A DNA stretch of 39,956 nt from Thermoprotei archaeon (GTDB lineage: Archaea; Thermoproteota; Thermoprotei; Thermofilales; B20-G17): the NCBI GenBank assembly GCA_003649515.1, contig QMSC01000001.1, positions 1 to 39,956 of the forward strand, written 5' to 3'. Shown piece after piece: positions 1 to 9,685 of the stretch; position 1 is the first letter of the stretch, and every line of letters starts with the position of its first letter. Position numbers and translations under genes: made by a program. The notes below the pieces were generated by a model that did no database searches, had not been told where the DNA came from, and saw only the letters and a list, made by a program, of their open reading frames with translations.

Positions 1-1
1 C

Positions 2-754
2 AATATTGCGAGACTTTTAGCCTCAGTGCCTGGCATGATTTACAGCACATCGGATAACGCAATATGGGTCCACCTATATGTGGCTAGTGTCGCTAGGATA
101 GAGCTTAAAGGCAACGAGGTAAGGATAACACAGGAGACAGAATATCCCTGGGACGGCAGAATAGATGTCACAGTAGAGCCAAGTAAGGATGATGAATTTT
201 CGCTATACCTTAGAATACCAGGATGGTGTAGGGCGGCTACTGTAAATGTGAATGGAAGGAAAGTACGTAAGTCAGTTAAGCCCAGCACTTACCTAGAGAT
301 CAGTAGAGTATGGGGGACTGGAGATAGGGTTGAAATTGAGTTAGATATGCCGGTTACACTACTGAAGTCTCATCCCTACGTCCTCAACAATAATTATAGA
401 GTCGCTATAAAGCGAGGACCTGTAGTCTACTGCCTTGAACAGGCCGATAACCCTGAGTATGATGTATGGAATATTGCCATAGTCCCTGAGACTAAATTCA
501 CCGCTACCTATGAACCGGAACTTTTAGGCGGAGTTGTCGTCATTGAAGGAAATGGCATAGGACTGGATATCAGTGCATGGAACAACAAGCTATACGCTGA
601 GATGGACGAAGTACAAGTGAAAGCAATACCAGTTAAGTTTAAAGCTGTACCATATTACGCGTGGGCTAATAGATCGCCGGGACCAATGATCGTATGGATC
701 CAAGCATTAGGATTTAACACTCTCCAAGGAGGAAAGAAGCTGTACAAGGCTTAG
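2..754 (+). CDS. GH127-family glycoside hydrolase (beta-L-arabinofuranosidase-like), 5'-truncated by window edge
   Basis: Frame is open from base 2 (NIARLLASVPG, the segment that follows the CCPPN motif in GH127). Contains TEYPWDG, LRIPGW, RGPVVYCLE and PYYAWANR motifs. Confidence 0.85.
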   Translation, partial: NIARLLASVPGMIYSTSDNAIWVHLYVASVARIELKGNEVRITQETEYPWDGRIDVTVEPSKDDEFSLYLRIPGWCRAATVNVNGRKVRKSVKPSTYLEISRVWGTGDRVEIELDMPVTLLKSHPYVLNNNYRVAIKRGPVVYCLEQADNPEYDVWNIAIVPETKFTATYEPELLGGVVVIEGNGIGLDISAWNNKLYAEMDEVQVKAIPVKFKAVPYYAWANRSPGPMIVWIQALGFNTLQGGKKLYKA

Positions 755-972
755 TAGGAGTCCGCGCCTGAGCTTTCCTAGAACTTCATAAATTTAGCTT
801 TCTAAATAGGCTTATTTTCTGGACCTGCCCTTGATAAACCATTCTATTACATATTAGGATAGAACGCTCCCTTCGGCCTGCCCTTGCTGCCTCTTATGAG
901 CTACAACTTGGTTACTGCTAGCTAGGTTTATAATATCCTCGTCTAAGTGTCCCTAGGCTAACTACGCTGTAC

Positions 973-1773
973 CTATGCCTCCTCTAAGAGTACATCGTAT
1001 GCCTGCAACACCTCCTCAAAAGTCCCAAGTAGGAAAAGAATGTAGAGAATCGCCCCGATCAGTGAGAGGAGAAATAATGTCCAAGGCGCGTCTTTCAACC
1101 TCCCGCGCTTATGAAGCTCTATCGCGTTCACTAGGAAGATTGCTCCGTCAGTCACCATAATAGGCGGAAGAGGTATAGGCACTAGGTTAATGAAGGATAG
1201 CATTGAGTTGAAAGAAAGAAGCGCGTAGAGAACTAGAGGGGTTAAAAATTGAAGATCGCTTTCATTTACAAGCGCGCTTACAAGGAAGTCGTAAAAGCTT
1301 CCATACATTAGCTTTATTATCAACAGGGAGGCTAGTAAGAAAACACTTACTACACCATTAGCTGCTGGTCCAGCCAACGATATTTCAGCATCCTGCTTCA
1401 AGTACTCCGTTAACTTCTTCTGTTTTTCCTCCTCCTTCTCTTCCGCCTTACTGAAGACCACCTTGAATGGGTATTCTTCCTCCCACATAACATAAGCTGG
1501 CTGCATAAGTACTAAAGTCCCTTCACTTCTTAGTGCTGTAATGATCCCTAGAAGAATACCCGGAATAGACGGCATTATTCTGACCCCTCTCCTTCCTCTT
1601 CTCAAGGCAAAGTACTTATGGAAAATTTCGTGAAAGAATACACCTGTAAAAGCCGAGAGAAATGATACTATTAATATAAAGGGATCATGCACGTCCGGAT
1701 ACGATAATATGAGCACAGTGATAATCAAAAGAACAGTTATCTCTAGAGCCTCCGCCCTCCTAAGGAGCCTCAT
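973..1773 (-). CDS. Site-2 protease (M50 family) membrane zinc metalloprotease
   Basis: HEIFH zinc motif in a TM helix, ISLAGPAAN, and NLVP...DG motif; multiple hydrophobic segments. Confidence 0.85.
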   Translation of the reverse strand: MRLLRRAEALEITVLLIITVLILSYPDVHDPFILIVSFLSAFTGVFFHEIFHKYFALRRGRRGVRIMPSIPGILLGIITALRSEGTLVLMQPAYVMWEEEYPFKVVFSKAEEKEEEKQKKLTEYLKQDAEISLAGPAANGVVSVFLLASLLIIKLMYGSFYDFLVSALVNESDLQFLTPLVLYALLSFNSMLSFINLVPIPLPPIMVTDGAIFLVNAIELHKRGRLKDAPWTLFLLSLIGAILYILFLLGTFEEVLQAYDVLLEEA

Positions 1774-1979
1774 GTTGCTCCACCGGCCTTTGCTCTATCT
1801 TATTAATGTGAAGACGTAGTGCTATAATGTCTTTTGTATGTTCGCTACGTTTCTCAAGACAAAGAATAACGTATAATAAACACCTAGTTGCTTAGATGAA
1901 CGTTGAGTGAAGATACTAGTAAAAAGCTTCAGTGCATCGATAAACTAAAAAACTATAGTGCTCTTATATCTTCTCAGTT

Positions 1980-2053
1980 GCGGCCGTAGTCTAGCCTGGT
2001 AGGATACCGGCCTCCCAAGCCGGTGATCCCGGGTTCGAATCCCGGCGGCCGCA
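1980..2053 (+). tRNA. tRNA-Gly(CCC), no intron, CCA not encoded
   Basis: Acceptor stem GCGGCCG/CGGCCGC, anticodon arm CCGGC-CTCCCAA-GCCGG, T-loop TTCGAAT; followed by a T run. Confidence 0.97.
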
Positions 2054-2136
2054 CTTTTTAAAAATTCCTTAAGGCAATAAGTTTATAAGTTATTTTAAGC
2101 CTATACCTTTTGCAACTACTTGTGGAGGTCTTGAAC

Positions 2137-2493
2137 TTGCCGGAGGTAGAGGAGAAAATACAATGTCCTTGTGGAAGGACTATTAACGACGCCTCCGAGT
2201 ACAAGCTACTCTTTCTAAAGAAAGAAATGTATGAAATTGACCTTCTATGCCCTAACGACACATGCTTCCTGCGGGAACTAGGCTTCGTTAAGTTCAGAGT
2301 GGAAGATGATAACATAAAGATAGAAAAAGCAAGCTTTTACCCTCCATTCGTCACATGGAACGTTGCGAGGCTGGGAAAGGAAAAGGCTATGACCCTCCTA
2401 AAACAGCATCTCCGCGACATAGTTAATAAGCAAATTGATTGGAGCAAGATTAAGGAAAGCGTCAAGACAGCCGAGGAAGGTGCTGGATCCTAA
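2137..2493 (+). CDS. Hypothetical protein with probable zinc-binding site
   Basis: CPCG and CPNDTC cysteine pairs. GGAGGT RBS at 2124-2129 favours a TTG start at 2137 (or 2131). TATA-like TTTATAA upstream. Confidence 0.7.
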   Translation: MPEVEEKIQCPCGRTINDASEYKLLFLKKEMYEIDLLCPNDTCFLRELGFVKFRVEDDNIKIEKASFYPPFVTWNVARLGKEKAMTLLKQHLRDIVNKQIDWSKIKESVKTAEEGAGS

Positions 2494-2561
2494 TTAGCAC
2501 CAAATTCTTCTTTTCAGGGAATATTTCTGGATCCTGATTAGTAGTTCTTAGAGTATAAAGT

Positions 2562-2574
2562 AAAAGCTTATAAA
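2562..2574 (+). promoter_or_regulatory. BRE/TATA promoter for the rpl24 block
   Basis: AAAAGCTTATAAA about 40 nt upstream of the rpl24 ATG. Confidence 0.6.
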
Positions 2575-2611
2575 CATGCATCGTAATGGGTGTTACGCGT
2601 AGGTAGATGGG

Positions 2612-2992
2612 ATGAGGAAAGGGGTATCGAGTCAGCCTAAGAAAGTCAGGAAAAGGTACTTCAATGCACCATTACATCAGAGACATAAGGATATGAACGC
2701 TCCTCTCTCGCCTGAGTTGCGAAGAGAGTATGGCATTAAGAGATTACCCGTGAGGAAAGGAGATACGGTTCTCATTATGCGGGGAAGCTTTAAGGGGCAC
2801 GAGGGAAAAGTTACTGGCGTAGATCTTAAGCGGAGAAGAATATCCGTGGAAGGCGTTACGAGAAACAAGGCTGACGGAACACCTGTGCCCATACCCATAC
2901 ATCCGTCAAAAGTCATGATAACTAGGCTCGATCTTTCAGATAAATACAGGCAGACCATTATTAATAGGAAGAGAAGGGTGGAGGTGGCTTAG
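2612..2992 (+). CDS. rpl24: 50S ribosomal protein L24 (uL24)
   Basis: [17 protein letters not shown] motif [20 protein letters not shown]. Confidence 0.97.
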   Translation: MRKGVSSQPKKVRKRYFNAPLHQRHKDMNAPLSPELRREYGIKRLPVRKGDTVLIMRGSFKGHEGKVTGVDLKRRRISVEGVTRNKADGTPVPIPIHPSKVMITRLDLSDKYRQTIINRKRRVEVA

Positions 2993-2993
2993 A

Positions 2994-3752
2994 TTGAGGA
3001 AAGTTAAGGGTAGTCTGAGACACCTGCGCCGAGAAGTAGCTCCTCCCTATTGGCCTATCCATAAGAAGGAGTTCGTATGGACCATTAAGCCTAGCCCGGG
3101 ACCTCATCCCCTTCATAGGTGCATTCCCCTAGCTATAATATTACGCGATATCCTAGGCTATGCTAAGACTCTACGTGAAGCCAGAAGGATCATAGGTCGC
3201 GGCGTTATTAAGGTCGATGGAAGAGTTAGAAGGGACTACAAGTATCCTGTAGGACTAATGGACGTGCTAGAAATCACGGAGACAGAAGAGTACTATAGGA
3301 TAGTATCGCATCCCTATAGAATACTTTATCCAGTGCCCATAGATCCCAGTGAAGCCAAATATAAATTGTGTAGAATTGAAGGGAAAACCGCCGTCAAGCA
3401 CGGACACATTCAACTGCACTTCCACGATGGAAGGAACCACATAATCCGCGTTAACAATCCAATGGAACCTGTAGAAGACGTATATAAAACCTTTGACTCT
3501 GTACTCATTAAAATACCCAAGCAGGAAATCATCGAACACATAAAGTTCGAAGAGGGCGTGTTAGGCCTCGTAATAGACGGCCGAAATGCAGGCAGGCTAG
3601 GCAAAGTACTCTCTATAACGCAAGTGTTTAGGAAGAGGGAGGCTATTGTTACATTAAAGGACGAGGAAGGAGAGGAGGAGTTTAGAACGATCCTAGAATA
3701 CGTTTTCCCTGTGGGTAGGGATAAGCCGTTAATTACAGTTAAGGCTTCTTAG
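2994..3752 (+). CDS. rps4e: 30S ribosomal protein S4e (eS4)
   Basis: HLRR..AP..WPI, PSPGPH, VDGRVRRD.KYPVGLMDV. Confidence 0.97.
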   Translation: MRKVKGSLRHLRREVAPPYWPIHKKEFVWTIKPSPGPHPLHRCIPLAIILRDILGYAKTLREARRIIGRGVIKVDGRVRRDYKYPVGLMDVLEITETEEYYRIVSHPYRILYPVPIDPSEAKYKLCRIEGKTAVKHGHIQLHFHDGRNHIIRVNNPMEPVEDVYKTFDSVLIKIPKQEIIEHIKFEEGVLGLVIDGRNAGRLGKVLSITQVFRKREAIVTLKDEEGEEEFRTILEYVFPVGRDKPLITVKAS

Positions 3753-3765
3753 GGGGAGTTAGACC

Positions 3766-4311
3766 ATGTCTAAGCCTTGTCTCGTTAAAGATCACCCGAT
3801 GCGCAGACTTCAGCTTGCGAAAGTCATCGTTAATATGGCTGTCGGAGAGTCCGGAGAAAGGCTAGCTAATGCCGCCAAAGTTTTGGAACAGCTTACGGGC
3901 CAGAAGCCGCTGTTTAGACCAGCCAAGCGCACAATAAAGGAGTTCGGTATCAGGAAAGGCGAGAACATAGCTTGCATGGTTACTCTTCGCGGAGAAAAAG
4001 CATTAAACTTCTTAAAACGCGCTCTTGAGGCCGTGAACTTTACAATTAAAGAAGAGAGCATAGACGAGTACGGCAATGTGTCCTTCGGCATTAGAGAGCA
4101 CATACTACTGCCGGGAGTAAAATACGACCCCTCAGTAGGCATCTTCGGATTCGATGTAACGATAGTTCTTGAAAGACCGGGTTTCCGTGTAGCCCGTAGG
4201 AGGAGGAAAAGGAATAAAATTGGGAAAAAGCACAGAATCATACATAGGGAGGAAACAGTAGAATTCCTAGAAAAGGTTTTAGGTGTGAAAGTAGTTAGAA
4301 GGAGGGGATAA
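3766..4311 (+). CDS. rpl5: 50S ribosomal protein L5 (uL5)
   Basis: [45 protein letters not shown]. Confidence 0.97.
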   Translation: MSKPCLVKDHPMRRLQLAKVIVNMAVGESGERLANAAKVLEQLTGQKPLFRPAKRTIKEFGIRKGENIACMVTLRGEKALNFLKRALEAVNFTIKEESIDEYGNVSFGIREHILLPGVKYDPSVGIFGFDVTIVLERPGFRVARRRRKRNKIGKKHRIIHREETVEFLEKVLGVKVVRRRG

Positions 4312-4315
4312 TTGC

Positions 4316-4480
4316 ATGGGTAAGATAAAGCCACCAAAACAGAGGAGATATGGTAAAGGAGCCTATAGATGTAGACGATGCGGAACGCATGAGGCCTTAA
4401 TTAGAGCTCATGGCATTTACCTTTGCCGTAGATGCTTCCGCGAGGTAGCTCCTTTAATAGGTTTTAAGAAATACATGTAA
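4316..4480 (+). CDS. rps14: 30S ribosomal protein S14, zinc-binding type (uS14); missed by the ORF track (54 aa)
   Basis: Translates to [62 protein letters not shown]; canonical position between L5 and S8. Confidence 0.97.
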   Translation: MGKIKPPKQRRYGKGAYRCRRCGTHEALIRAHGIYLCRRCFREVAPLIGFKKYM

Positions 4481-4521
4481 CTTTGAAGTATTCTAGACAT
4501 TCATTCCTTTAAAGAGCGGAG

Positions 4522-4537
4522 CGGAAAATTTTAATTT
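4522..4537 (+). promoter_or_regulatory. Possible internal promoter before rps8
   Basis: CGGAAAATTTTAATTT, BRE/TATA-like, in the 86-nt gap and about 30 nt before ATG 4567. Confidence 0.4.
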
Positions 4538-4566
4538 GCTGAAATCCTATTGTGGCGGGATCTTGT

Positions 4567-4959
4567 ATGGTAATGATGGACACGCTTGCAAACGCTCTGG
4601 CAACGATAATGAACAATGAGATGAGAGGGCATAAAGAGTGCATAATTCACCCAGCCTCAAAGCTAATTGCGAATGTTCTTAGAGTAATGCAAAAGGAGGG
4701 CTACATAGGCGAGTTCGAGTACATAGATGACGGTAGGGGAGGGAAGTTCAGAGTACAGCTGCTGGGACGCATAAACAAATGCGGCGTGATAAAGCCTCGT
4801 TTCTCAACGAAGAAAAACGAGTATGAAAAGTGGGAGAGACAACATCTTCCCGCAAGAGATATAGGTATTCTCATAGTCTCGACACCCCAAGGTGTGATGA
4901 GTCATAAAGATGCAAAGAACAGGGGCTTGGGAGGAGTATTGTTAGCATACGTTTACTAG
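4567..4959 (+). CDS. rps8: 30S ribosomal protein S8 (uS8)
   Basis: [41 protein letters not shown]. Start placed at ATG 4567. Confidence 0.97.
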   Translation: MVMMDTLANALATIMNNEMRGHKECIIHPASKLIANVLRVMQKEGYIGEFEYIDDGRGGKFRVQLLGRINKCGVIKPRFSTKKNEYEKWERQHLPARDIGILIVSTPQGVMSHKDAKNRGLGGVLLAYVY

Positions 4960-4972
4960 GAGGTGATCCGCT

Positions 4973-5392
4973 ATGTCAAATAAAGTTAAACCTAAACTTT
5001 CCCGCGAAATGAAGCGCATGCTTGAAGTTAGAGAGAGGATTAAGAGGAAGACGCCCTTCTTCACACGGATGAACGCGTGGTTCCTCAAGCGGTTAGATGA
5101 GGATGTATGGCGTTACCCGGGGGGCTTAGATAATAAGATTAGGCTGGAGCGTAAGGGCTTTCCAGCAAAGGTTAAGGTAGGATATAGAGGACCTAGGCTT
5201 ACTAGAGGACTTCACCCCTCAGGCTTCGAGGAAGTCATCGTTCACAATGTGAATGACCTTCTTAAAGTGAACAAAAACTATCAGGCAATTCGCATAGCCT
5301 CTACCGTTGGGAGACGGAAACGTTTAGAAATACTTAAAAAAGCTGAAGAGATGGGTATAAAAGTCCTTAACCCCTTATCGGAGGAGCTCTAG
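4973..5392 (+). CDS. rpl32e: 50S ribosomal protein L32e (eL32)
   Basis: WR.P.GLDNKIR, VGYRGP..TRGLHPSG, IASTVG.RKR. Confidence 0.96.
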   Translation: MSNKVKPKLSREMKRMLEVRERIKRKTPFFTRMNAWFLKRLDEDVWRYPGGLDNKIRLERKGFPAKVKVGYRGPRLTRGLHPSGFEEVIVHNVNDLLKVNKNYQAIRIASTVGRRKRLEILKKAEEMGIKVLNPLSEEL

Positions 5393-5393
5393 A

Positions 5394-5840
5394 ATGACGC
5401 AGGTGGACCACGTTAGAAGGCTTGCAGCGAAGATCTTAGGCGTTGGAGTTCACAGGGTTTGGATAGATCCTGAACAGCTTGAAAGGGTATCTACCGTAAT
5501 TTCAAGGGAGGAGGTTAGGAAGCTAATCAAGGAGGGAGTTATTAGGAAAAAGCCCATCAGGGGAATCTCGCGCTATAGAATAAAGGTAAGAAAAGCTAAG
5601 AAAAGGAAGGGTAGAAGGAGGGGGCCTGGAAGTAAAAAGGGACCGAGATACTATGAGAAGGAGCTATGGATGAGGAGGATACGTGCGTTAAGGAAGTTCC
5701 TCAAATATCTAAAGAGCAGAAAGATCATCGACAGAAGAACTTACAGATATCTGTACCGGCTCGCTAAAGGAGGCATGTTTAGAAGCGTATCTCACATGAA
5801 AAGCTATATAGAAGAACATAAACTAGCTAGGAGGATCTAA
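5394..5840 (+). CDS. rpl19e: 50S ribosomal protein L19e (eL19)
   Basis: [34 protein letters not shown]. Confidence 0.97.
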   Translation: MTQVDHVRRLAAKILGVGVHRVWIDPEQLERVSTVISREEVRKLIKEGVIRKKPIRGISRYRIKVRKAKKRKGRRRGPGSKKGPRYYEKELWMRRIRALRKFLKYLKSRKIIDRRTYRYLYRLAKGGMFRSVSHMKSYIEEHKLARRI

Positions 5841-5841
5841 G

Positions 5842-6435
5842 ATGGGGCGTAGGGGGAGGTTTAAGTTACCACTTAAAAGACGCAGAAAGGGATTAACTAA
5901 TTACTACAAGCGCAGGAAACTCATATTATCCGGCAAGCCGAGACTCGTCATAAGAAAGACAAATAGATACATCATAGCCCAGATCATTGAAGCTCTTCCA
6001 GGAGGAGACAAGGTCCTTGTTGCTGCACACTCATCCGAACTCATGAGTAAGTATGGATGGAAAGGAGATACAAATAATACTCCTGCGGCTTATCTAACCG
6101 GATACCTTGTTGGTTTAAAGGCCCTTAAAAATGGGGTGAAAGAAGCCGTAGCAGATATCGGTTTACATAGACCTATTCCTAGAAGCAGGATATTTGCGGT
6201 GTTAAAAGGTGCCGTTGACGCAGGACTTCATGTTCCACATGGAGATGGGATATTTCCTGACGATAGCAGGATAAGGGGTGAGCACATAGCCGAGTATGCT
6301 AAAAGAATTAAACAGGAAGATCCTGTCAAGTACGAAAAGTTGTTTAGCTGCTATATTAAGAGAGGGTTTACCCCCGAGAATCTACCTCAACACTTCGATG
6401 ATGTTCTAAGCAAAATAAGGGAAAGTTTTAGTTAG
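5842..6435 (+). CDS. rpl18: 50S ribosomal protein L18 (uL18)
   Basis: [41 protein letters not shown]. Confidence 0.97.
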   Translation: MGRRGRFKLPLKRRRKGLTNYYKRRKLILSGKPRLVIRKTNRYIIAQIIEALPGGDKVLVAAHSSELMSKYGWKGDTNNTPAAYLTGYLVGLKALKNGVKEAVADIGLHRPIPRSRIFAVLKGAVDAGLHVPHGDGIFPDDSRIRGEHIAEYAKRIKQEDPVKYEKLFSCYIKRGFTPENLPQHFDDVLSKIRESFS

Positions 6436-6908
6436 ATCATTCTCTTAAGCAGGTTATTAATATCACTGCCCCGATAGCCTAATTCACCCTGATTGCCGTA
6501 GTGCTTTTTAATGCTATATCTAAAGCCTCCTTTGGGAGGATGAAGTCTAAAGACTGGTTTAATGAAAGGCTCTTTTCTAAGATCTACGTGCCCCTCTAAA
6601 ATTGCATCAGCTAGTTCTTCAAAGCTCGAGAAACCGAGTTTCTTTAAGTGCTTCTCTCTTAACCTGTCCCCTCCAACAACTCTACCACGATACTTGAGCA
6701 GTAACGTCAGCGTATCCCTGTCTATTTCCCCCCACGTCACGTAATCCTTAACCTTATGTAGCATTCCTCGTATGCTTGGAGTGTCGTCGACAAGCACTAC
6801 GTTGAATTTTTTATGCAATCTTAGTAATTTAAGCGTGTACTCTACGTCTTCAGGGACTCCTACACAACCCCTTATTCTGATCACAGCTAGCTTCACGGAG
6901 CTCACCAC
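6432..6908 (-). CDS. rpl30: 50S ribosomal protein L30 (uL30)
   Basis: [46 protein letters not shown]. Confidence 0.96.
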   Translation of the reverse strand: MVSSVKLAVIRIRGCVGVPEDVEYTLKLLRLHKKFNVVLVDDTPSIRGMLHKVKDYVTWGEIDRDTLTLLLKYRGRVVGGDRLREKHLKKLGFSSFEELADAILEGHVDLRKEPFIKPVFRLHPPKGGFRYSIKKHYGNQGELGYRGSDINNLLKRMI

Positions 6909-7519
6909 TCCATTGGATGTTTGAACTTATAGGTGCTCTTCAATGCGTTATAGGTGGCCTTCGCAAAGTTCACTGGCGTTTGCGTGGATCCCCTCGTCCT
7001 AGTCCAGACATCCCTTATTCCAGCTAACCTTAGTACGGCCTTAGCAATATCTCCCGCTACCAGTCCAACGCCTTTAGGAGCCGGTAATAGCCATATCTCT
7101 ACGCTACCGCTCTTACCGAAGACCTTAAACGGTACGCTATGAGGTTCATTACACGAACACTCCCAGCTACCGCAACCTCTTCTCACAGGAACGATGTTTA
7201 GCTTAGCATCCGTTATAGCTTTTTCAATAGCCTGCCTAACTTGCTTAGCCTTACCTATGCCTACACCCACGTATCCGTCTTCATTTCCCACAACGACTAG
7301 TGCCTGGAACTGGCTTACTTCACCTGCATCAGTTTGCCTCTGCACTAAGTTTATGTTCAAGACCTCATGCTTTAAATCCGGTAATAGGACATCTATTATC
7401 TCAACTTCCATTACTGGTAAGTTTTGTTCGAATATCTGCTCTATGGACGTTATTGCTCCTTCCTTCACCATCCTACCTACTTCTGTTCGCGGAATCCACT
7501 CCTCGATACTAAAGGACAT
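6902..7519 (-). CDS. rps5: 30S ribosomal protein S5 (uS5)
   Basis: W.PRTE.GR.V..G.I, VQRQTDAG, RRGCGSWE, PAPKGVGLVA. ATG 7519 follows a GGAGGTG RBS; the ORF-track extension to 7699 is not credible. Confidence 0.97.
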   Translation of the reverse strand: MSFSIEEWIPRTEVGRMVKEGAITSIEQIFEQNLPVMEVEIIDVLLPDLKHEVLNINLVQRQTDAGEVSQFQALVVVGNEDGYVGVGIGKAKQVRQAIEKAITDAKLNIVPVRRGCGSWECSCNEPHSVPFKVFGKSGSVEIWLLPAPKGVGLVAGDIAKAVLRLAGIRDVWTRTRGSTQTPVNFAKATYNALKSTYKFKHPMEW

Positions 7520-7549
7520 TACACCTCCCTCCCTACAACATCTCAGCAC

Positions 7550-7612
7550 ATATATTTGCTTTAATAAAAATCTTTTCTCTCCTCGGTAACACGGTAACCT
7601 ATATAAATAAGG
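7550..7612. promoter_or_regulatory. Divergent promoter region for rps5 (-) and rpl15 (+)
   Basis: Minus-strand TTTTTATTAAAG and plus-strand CCTATATAAATA in the 144-nt gap. Confidence 0.55.
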
Positions 7613-7663
7613 GTTCTTGTAGAGTTCTTGGCTTAGTGTAGACTCCTCTCGAGGTGCAAAGAT

Positions 7664-8110
7664 GTGTCTGTTAGATCTAAGAAAAAGTCTAGGTGGCAAA
7701 GAGGCTCAAGAACCTGCGGATGGGGTAGAGTAGGACAGCATAGGAGAAGTGGCACGCGAGGAGGGCGAGGGCACGCGGGTTACCACAAACACATGTGGAC
7801 TTGGGTTGTAAAATACGCTCCATCATGGTTCGGTAAGCGAGGCTTTGTAAGACATCCTTCACTTGTTCCTGAAGCAAAGATAATTAATCTAAACGAAATA
7901 GATGAGCGGTTAGATGAATGGTTAAAAGCAGGTTACGCTAAAATAGTAGACGATAAAATCGAAGTAGACTTATTGAAGTTAGGATATAATAAAGTTTTAG
8001 GAGAAGGTAATATTAGTAGACCTGTAGTGATAAAGGCCTTAAGCTTCACTAAAAAGGCAATTCAAAAAATAACGCAGGCGGGGGGACAGGCAGTAAAGGT
8101 AGCAGAGTGA
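7664..8110 (+). CDS. rpl15: 50S ribosomal protein L15 (uL15)
   Basis: RGSRTCGWG..GQHR.SG.RGGRG.AG, FGKRGF, KVLG.G; GAGGTG RBS. Confidence 0.97.
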   Translation: MSVRSKKKSRWQRGSRTCGWGRVGQHRRSGTRGGRGHAGYHKHMWTWVVKYAPSWFGKRGFVRHPSLVPEAKIINLNEIDERLDEWLKAGYAKIVDDKIEVDLLKLGYNKVLGEGNISRPVVIKALSFTKKAIQKITQAGGQAVKVAE

Positions 8111-8111
8111 G

Positions 8112-9572
8112 GTGAAGAGAGTGGGACTTCTAGATGCAGTAGACCCCGTTCTCCGGGTTCTACCAGAGATTCCCAAGCCTCCCCGTAGACTACCCCTAAG
8201 CGAAAGATTAGCGTGGACCGGAATAGTCTTAGTGCTCTATTTGATAATGTCCCAAATACCTCTATACGGAATACCCTGGCAAGAACGCGGATTAGAGACA
8301 TTTCAGCTCATAAGGATCATAACAGCCTCTAAACGAGGAACACTCATGGAGCTGGGCATAGGCCCACTGGTTACTAGCGGACTTATATGGCAGCTACTCG
8401 TGGGAAGCAAGCTCATAAACTTGGACCTAACAACGCCTCGAGGAAGGGGGCTGTTCACAGGTCTACAAAAGTTATTCGCCATAATATTCACCTTCATAGA
8501 AGCTGCCGCGTTTATTCTCGGAGGCTACTACGGTCCTCTAGCGTTTGAGCAATCCTCCTTAGTTTTTACGCAACTATCCATAGCCACAATACTCGTGCTC
8601 CTGATGGACGAAATGCTACAAAAGGGTTGGGGGCTTGGAAGCGGTGTTAGCCTCTTCATAGCTGCTGGAGTATCCCAACAAATATTCTGGCAGCTCTTCT
8701 CTCCCATATCCGTCGGAGATGAACTCCCCTTAGGAGTCATTCCCGCATGTGTGGTGGCTCTAGGCGAAAGTATAACTAGCAACGACTGGAGCAAAATAAC
8801 TTACCTCCTAACACGACGCCCTGAGTACCCAAGCCTTCTAGGTTTTATCACGATGCTGGCATTCTTTGCACTCCTACTATACCTAGAGAACATGCAAATC
8901 GAGATCCCAATAGGTGTATCAAAATACGGCGGAATGAGAACTAAGATACCTTTGAAATTCCTCTATGTGTCCAACATACCAATAATCTTGGTGTCAGCCC
9001 TGCTTGCAAACCTCCACATATTTTCACGAATACTTTGGACACGATTCAGTACTGAGTCAGGCCACTGGTTATACCAATATTTCCTCAAATATATAGCGGA
9101 TTATAACGCTACTGGCGGTAGATTAGTTCCAGTTAAAGGAACCCTAACGTACTACCTTTCCCCACCTGGAGGTATAAACAGTCTCATAGAAGACCCTGTG
9201 CAAGTGCTCATCTATGCTGGCTTCGTTATACTGTTTTCAATACTTTTCTCGATAGCTTGGATAGAAACTTCAGGCATGGATCCCTGGAGCCAAGCCCAGC
9301 AACTCTCAGAAGCAGGTATGTATATTCCTGGGTTCCGTAAGGCTCCCAGAATACTGGCATCTGTGCTTTCCAAGTACATTCCAACACTAGCTGTTCTGAG
9401 CGGTCTCATAGTCGCTTTAATAGCCGTTATAAGCGATCTTGTGGGCGTCTTAGGGACTGGAATAGGGGTCTTGCTTCTTGTGGGAATACTTATACAGTAT
9501 CAAGCCATCATAGCTCAAGAAAGAGCTTTAGAAATGTATCCTATATTGAGAAGACTCGTTGGAACGCGGTAG
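8112..9572 (+). CDS. secY: Preprotein translocase subunit SecY
   Basis: GTLMELGIGP, KGWGLGSGVSLFIA, PLKFLYVSNIP, IPGFR; about 10 TM helices. Confidence 0.97.
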   Translation: MKRVGLLDAVDPVLRVLPEIPKPPRRLPLSERLAWTGIVLVLYLIMSQIPLYGIPWQERGLETFQLIRIITASKRGTLMELGIGPLVTSGLIWQLLVGSKLINLDLTTPRGRGLFTGLQKLFAIIFTFIEAAAFILGGYYGPLAFEQSSLVFTQLSIATILVLLMDEMLQKGWGLGSGVSLFIAAGVSQQIFWQLFSPISVGDELPLGVIPACVVALGESITSNDWSKITYLLTRRPEYPSLLGFITMLAFFALLLYLENMQIEIPIGVSKYGGMRTKIPLKFLYVSNIPIILVSALLANLHIFSRILWTRFSTESGHWLYQYFLKYIADYNATGGRLVPVKGTLTYYLSPPGGINSLIEDPVQVLIYAGFVILFSILFSIAWIETSGMDPWSQAQQLSEAGMYIPGFRKAPRILASVLSKYIPTLAVLSGLIVALIAVISDLVGVLGTGIGVLLLVGILIQYQAIIAQERALEMYPILRRLVGTR

Positions 9573-9605
9573 CGTTATTTTTCAAAACTCTAAGACTACT
9601 ACATG

Positions 9606-9619
9606 GCAAAACTTATAAA
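9606..9619 (+). promoter_or_regulatory. BRE/TATA promoter upstream of the wHTH gene
   Basis: GCAAAACTTATAAA, preceded by a T-rich tract after secY. Confidence 0.5.
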
Positions 9620-9685
9620 CTAATAAAACCTTCTAACTAAAAGACATTTCCAGCCTTAATTTTAAATTTGATGAAGGTGGCCCCT

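Noticed and set aside
755..972. CCTGCCCTTG present twice in the gap between the convergent GH127 and M50 genes
   Set aside because: Only two 10-nt copies, with no ORF, box motif or stable structure that I could support.
7520..7699. 60-aa N-terminal extension of uS5 in the ORF track
   Set aside because: It runs through the divergent promoter region and into rpl15; ATG 7519 has a strong RBS and matches the normal uS5 start.
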